Assembly: GCA_963748265.1 (NCBI GenBank)
Contig: CAVVIG010000007.1
Location: forward strand, 63,229-127,228
DNA from: an uncultured Acidobacteriota bacterium
GTDB taxonomy: Bacteria > Acidobacteriota > Vicinamibacteria > Vicinamibacterales > CAVVIG01
Length of the DNA stretch: 64,000 nt
Direction of reading: 5' to 3'
Part shown: positions 60,816 through 64,000 of the stretch, piece by piece
How positions within the stretch are numbered: position 1 is the first letter of the stretch
Layout of the letters: each line of letters starts with the position of its first letter
Translations under genes and position numbers: made by a program
Notes under the pieces: generated by a model
What the model was told of the DNA's origin: nothing
Database searches by the model: none
What the model saw: only the letters and a program-made list of their open reading frames with translations

Positions 60816-61637
60816 CTAGGAAAGACGTGAAAGTGCCTGCGCCGCACGACCGCGCACCGACTCGTCCATCGACTGGTTCTGCGAGATCTCCCGCAGCAGG
60901 TCGGCCGCCTGCGGAGCGCGTGTCTCCACCATGAAATCGATCGCCGCGATCTGCAGCAGCGGCGAGCTGACGTCGTTTGCCGCACGCATCGTCCCCGCGC
61001 GCACGTCGTCGCGGTCGGCGAAGCGCCGGAGGGCGTCGACGGTGGCCAGCCGCACGTTGTCGTTCGGGTCGTGCAGCAGGGCATCGAGCAGCGCCGCGAC
61101 CACCTCGTTGCCAGGCTGTTCGAGCTGTTCGGTCCAGCTCACGCCGCGCAGGCGCTCGGTTGCCGACTGCTGCTGCAGCAGCGACAGCGTCAGCAACTGC
61201 CGCATGTCGCGCAGCTCCCCGCGAACCTCCGCAATCTCGCCGTTGGCCGGCACCGCCGGTGAGGCCGCAGGAAGCGCACGGCCCACCAGCACGCCGACGA
61301 TGAGGAGCGACGCGGCGAGAGCCATCTGCACGAGCGGCTCGCTGGGCCAGAACGACGGCTTCCAGGTGCGCCTGCCGGACCGGAAGGAGGCTGGCCCCCG
61401 TCCGGCAGCCGCACGCTCGGCGTCGAGCATGGCCACGAACCGCTCGTGCATCCGGGTCGAGGGCACCTGCGGAGGCGGGACGTCGCCGAGCGCCTGCCAC
61501 AGCGGCTCGAGGTCCGCGAACTCCGCCTGGCACTCCGCGCACGAGCGGACGTGCTCGAGGAGGTCGGCGTCGCTGCGGGCATCGAGTGAATCTGCGAGGT
61601 GGTCGGCGAATCGTGTCCTTACTTCTTCACAGCGCAT
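60816..61637 (-). CDS. Zinc-finger (zf-HC2) anti-sigma factor with TM and HEAT repeats
   Basis: MRC...HVRSCAEC; TM segment; DPNDNVRLATVDAL. Confidence 0.88.
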   Translation of the reverse strand: MRCEEVRTRFADHLADSLDARSDADLLEHVRSCAECQAEFADLEPLWQALGDVPPPQVPSTRMHERFVAMLDAERAAAGRGPASFRSGRRTWKPSFWPSEPLVQMALAASLLIVGVLVGRALPAASPAVPANGEIAEVRGELRDMRQLLTLSLLQQQSATERLRGVSWTEQLEQPGNEVVAALLDALLHDPNDNVRLATVDALRRFADRDDVRAGTMRAANDVSSPLLQIAAIDFMVETRAPQAADLLREISQNQSMDESVRGRAAQALSRLS

Positions 61638-62194
61638 GGTGCGTCCTCGAGTCTGAAAAACAGTGCCCGCAGCTGCTTCATCGCGCGGTGCACACGAACC
61701 TTCACGGTCCCCACTTCGATGCCGAGCGCGTCGGCAATCCGGTCGTACGGCATGCCGTGGTAGCGGGCGAGCACGATCAGGTCCCTGGGTTCCTCGGGCA
61801 GTGCCCGCAGTGCACGCGACAGCTGTTCGGTATCGAGCCGCCGCTCCAGTTGCTGGGCGGGACCCGGGTCCGGGCTCGGTAGCTCCACGGCCTGCTCGAC
61901 CGGATCGGCCGGTCGCTGGCGGCGGAAGTGGTCGGCACGCGCGTTTCGAGCGATGCGGAAGAGCCATGTCTCGAAGCGGCTGCCGGTGTCATAGGTCCGC
62001 CTGTACTTGAGAATCCGGACAAAGACTTCCTGCACCAGGTCTTCCGCCACCGCGGGATCGCCCGTCGTCCGGCTCAGGAAGTGAAAGACCGGCCGGTGGT
62101 GGCGCTCGAAAAGTTCGCCAAGGGCGTCGAAGTCGCCGCCCTGGACGGCGTGCATCAGGCGTTCGTCCGTCACGTTCTGGAGATGATTACTCAC
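61619..62194 (-). CDS. ECF RNA polymerase sigma factor (start may be GTG 62173)
   Basis: AEDLVQEVF, FETWLFRIARN, IADALGIEVGTVKVRVHRA. Confidence 0.93.
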   Translation of the reverse strand: MSNHLQNVTDERLMHAVQGGDFDALGELFERHHRPVFHFLSRTTGDPAVAEDLVQEVFVRILKYRRTYDTGSRFETWLFRIARNARADHFRRQRPADPVEQAVELPSPDPGPAQQLERRLDTEQLSRALRALPEEPRDLIVLARYHGMPYDRIADALGIEVGTVKVRVHRAMKQLRALFFRLEDAPCAVKK

Positions 62195-62213
62195 GGCGCC
62201 GCAGAAGGTTACA
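62186..62213 (-). promoter_or_regulatory. Putative ECF autoregulatory promoter
   Basis: Minus strand TGTAAC-N17-GTAAT, of the ECF-type AAC...GT form. Confidence 0.45.
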
Positions 62214-62276
62214 GCGGGGCTCGAGGCTCTGTGGCGGGGTCGGGGCTGGAGGGTCGGGGGGCTGGAGGGTCGGGTC

Positions 62277-62310
62277 TGTAGGGTCGGGTCTTAAGACCCG
62301 ACCCCTTACA
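62277..62310. repeat. GTAG-REP palindrome preceded by G-rich repeats
   Basis: TGTAGGGTCGGGTCTTAAGACCCGACCCCTTACA; upstream GGGTCGGGG(GG)CTGGA units at ~62237-62276. Confidence 0.8.
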
Positions 62311-62323
62311 TCTGCGCGGCTGG

Positions 62324-62710
62324 CTACTTCGCAGGCTCCTTGCGCACTGCCGAGAAGCTGCCCAGGGCCAGGCCCCCGAAGTCGGCGGACCCGTTGATCG
62401 ACTTGTCCGCGATGGTGCCGGAGTAGGTGATCACCATCGGCTGGTTCTCGTAGTTGATCGTCAGCACGAGGATGATCTTCGCGCCGTCGATCTGCGTGGC
62501 GTCGTATGCGCGCTCACCCTGGGGCCCTTTGGCGTAGGCCTTGATCGTGTCGTCTTCTCTCCGGAACTCCACCGTGTTGGTGTTTTCCCCGATCGGCGAC
62601 AGCGTGGTGAGGTCCCATTCGCCGATCACGTCCGCCGGCGCGGCATCCTGCGCCATCGGCAGCGCCGCGAAGAACGCGAGGAGGACGAAGGTCAGACCCA
62701 GTTGCTTCAT
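62324..62710 (-). CDS. Small secreted beta-barrel-like protein
   Basis: AGGAG RBS; signal peptide; DVIGEW...GSFSAVRK. Confidence 0.75.
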   Translation of the reverse strand: MKQLGLTFVLLAFFAALPMAQDAAPADVIGEWDLTTLSPIGENTNTVEFRREDDTIKAYAKGPQGERAYDATQIDGAKIILVLTINYENQPMVITYSGTIADKSINGSADFGGLALGSFSAVRKEPAK

Positions 62711-62765
62711 CTCGAACTCAACTCCTGTAATGTCCCGGTCCGTGGGTTGGGCGATTATCTTCGAT

Positions 62766-63104
62766 TCAGAGAAGTTTTGCGCCGAGCGGCACGCTGCGCT
62801 CCGGTGTGCACAGCACGACATTCCCCTGCTCGTCGTGGAAGCCGGTGACGAGGCATTCCGACAGGACGGGGCCGATCTGCTTGACCGGGAAGTTCACGAC
62901 GCCCACGACCAGCCGGCCCACGAGATCCTCGGGCCGGTAAAGGCCCGTGAGCTGCGCGCTCGACTTGCGGACACCGACCTCCGGTCCGAAGTCCACCTGC
63001 AGGATGTAGGCAGGCTTGCGCGCTTCCGGAAACGGCGACGCCGTGACGATGCGTCCGACGCGAAGCTCGACCCGGACGAAGTCGTCCCACGAGATCGTGT
63101 CCAC
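62766..63104 (-). CDS. csaA: CsaA tRNA-binding/export chaperone
   Basis: AAGGAG RBS; ISWDDF.RVELRVGRI, FPEARKPAY, KSSAQ, VVNFP.KQIG, SECLVTG. Confidence 0.92.
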   Translation of the reverse strand: MDTISWDDFVRVELRVGRIVTASPFPEARKPAYILQVDFGPEVGVRKSSAQLTGLYRPEDLVGRLVVGVVNFPVKQIGPVLSECLVTGFHDEQGNVVLCTPERSVPLGAKLL

Positions 63105-63130
63105 ACTCGCTCCTTGGGAGACGGCCTTCC

Positions 63131-63158
63131 GGCTCCGGGCTCCGGGCTCCGGGCTCCG
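63131..63158. repeat. Heptamer tandem repeat (GGCTCCG)x4
   Basis: Perfect 4x repeat between the MFS and csaA. Confidence 0.9.
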
Positions 63159-63166
63159 GCCCGTGG

Positions 63167-64000
63167 TCAGTGAGCCGCCGCCGACGAAGCCGGCGCGTCG
63201 GCCATCTGGGTGCGAAGCGGCACCCGCTTCAGGAACAGGTGCAGCACGATCGACACGGCCATGATGATGGCGCTCCAGAAGAAGATCTGCTGCAGCCCGT
63301 GTTCGAGCGCGGTCTTCACGTTGGCGAGCAGCACCTGCAGCAGTTCCAGGCCGCCGGGCCGGCTGCCGAACGCGGCCTCGAGCTGCGGACGTGCCTGCGC
63401 CAGCAGGAGCGGATTCTCGAACACCGCGATCACCTGCGGCGGCACGCTGGCTGGAACGGTGCGTTCGAACTCGGAGTGATACCGCGTCAGCATGATCGTA
63501 CCGAACGCTGCCACGCCGACGGTGCTTCCGATCGAGCGGAAGAAGATCGTCGACGACGTGGCCGCGCCCATCAAGTGCCGCGGCGCGACGTTCTGGACGG
63601 CGACGGTGTAAACCGGCTGCAGCAGTCCCATGCCGAGCCCCGCCACCACCATCGACCACACGACGTAGCTGCGCGCTGTGTTCGCGTCCATCCGTGCGAA
63701 GAGCACCATCCCGAGAGCGATGGCGATCGACCCGATCACCGCAAGGCCCTTGTACTCGCCGGTTCGCGACAGCGTCTGCCCGCTGATGATGCTGCCCGCA
63801 ACCGCTCCCATCATCAGTGGCGTCAGCAGATTCCCCGACTGAGTCGCCGAGACGCCGAGCACGCCCTGCATGAAGAGCGGCAGATAGATGATCACGCCGA
63901 ACATGCCCATACCGAGCACGAACGCGCACATCGAGCAGATCGCGACGATGGGGTTCGTGTAGAGCGACAGCGGGATGATCGGCTCGGCCGCCCGGCTCTC
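63167..64000 (-). CDS. DHA2 (EmrB/QacA)-family MDR MFS transporter, 3' part
   Basis: RAAEPIIPLSL, YLPLFMQGVLGVSATQSG, FFRSIGSTVGVA. Runs off the window end. Confidence 0.9.
   Translation of the reverse strand, partial: ESRAAEPIIPLSLYTNPIVAICSMCAFVLGMGMFGVIIYLPLFMQGVLGVSATQSGNLLTPLMMGAVAGSIISGQTLSRTGEYKGLAVIGSIAIALGMVLFARMDANTARSYVVWSMVVAGLGMGLLQPVYTVAVQNVAPRHLMGAATSSTIFFRSIGSTVGVAAFGTIMLTRYHSEFERTVPASVPPQVIAVFENPLLLAQARPQLEAAFGSRPGGLELLQVLLANVKTALEHGLQQIFFWSAIIMAVSIVLHLFLKRVPLRTQMADAPASSAAAH

Overview
A very GC-rich, gene-dense bacterial chromosomal window. Its gene content (Acidobacteria-type VWA protein, DUF4097/DUF5916/DUF6644/DUF6152 proteins, carboxypeptidase-domain TonB receptor, GTAG-REPs, heptamer intergenic repeats) suggests Acidobacteriota, probably Vicinamibacterales; this is an inference. 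Main blocks, left to right: (1) GntR regulator and an oxalate-utilisation operon (oxalate-CoA ligase-like, PanE2-like reductase, OxlT, hydratase). (2) A secreted cluster of two PAL-like NHL propellers, an unknown protein and a cytochrome-c-fused PHM-like dicopper monooxygenase, resembling a bacterial peptide alpha-amidation (PAM-like) system. (3) A copper operon copC-mbnH-copD-Cys/His-rich PPPR-ending uORF-TonB receptor, without mbnP. (4) Amidase, acyl-CoA dehydrogenase and APH-family kinase. (5) A heavy-metal-binding protein paired with a copper-ligand-less PHM paralog. (6) A TMTC-like GT-C/TPR protein. (7) A cytochrome c'/DUF6644/DUF6152 periplasmic module. (8) An NCS1 + Mo-hydroxylase + cyclase + amidase operon for N-heterocycle catabolism. 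(9) A glycan block with sigma54-like promoters. (10) An ECF sigma/anti-sigma/DUF4097/DUF5916/VWA operon, then csaA and an MFS. About nine genes carry single-base insertions that look like long-read consensus errors. No rRNA, tRNA, CRISPR array, integrase or transposase was seen. All family calls come from motif recognition by eye; no database searches were run.
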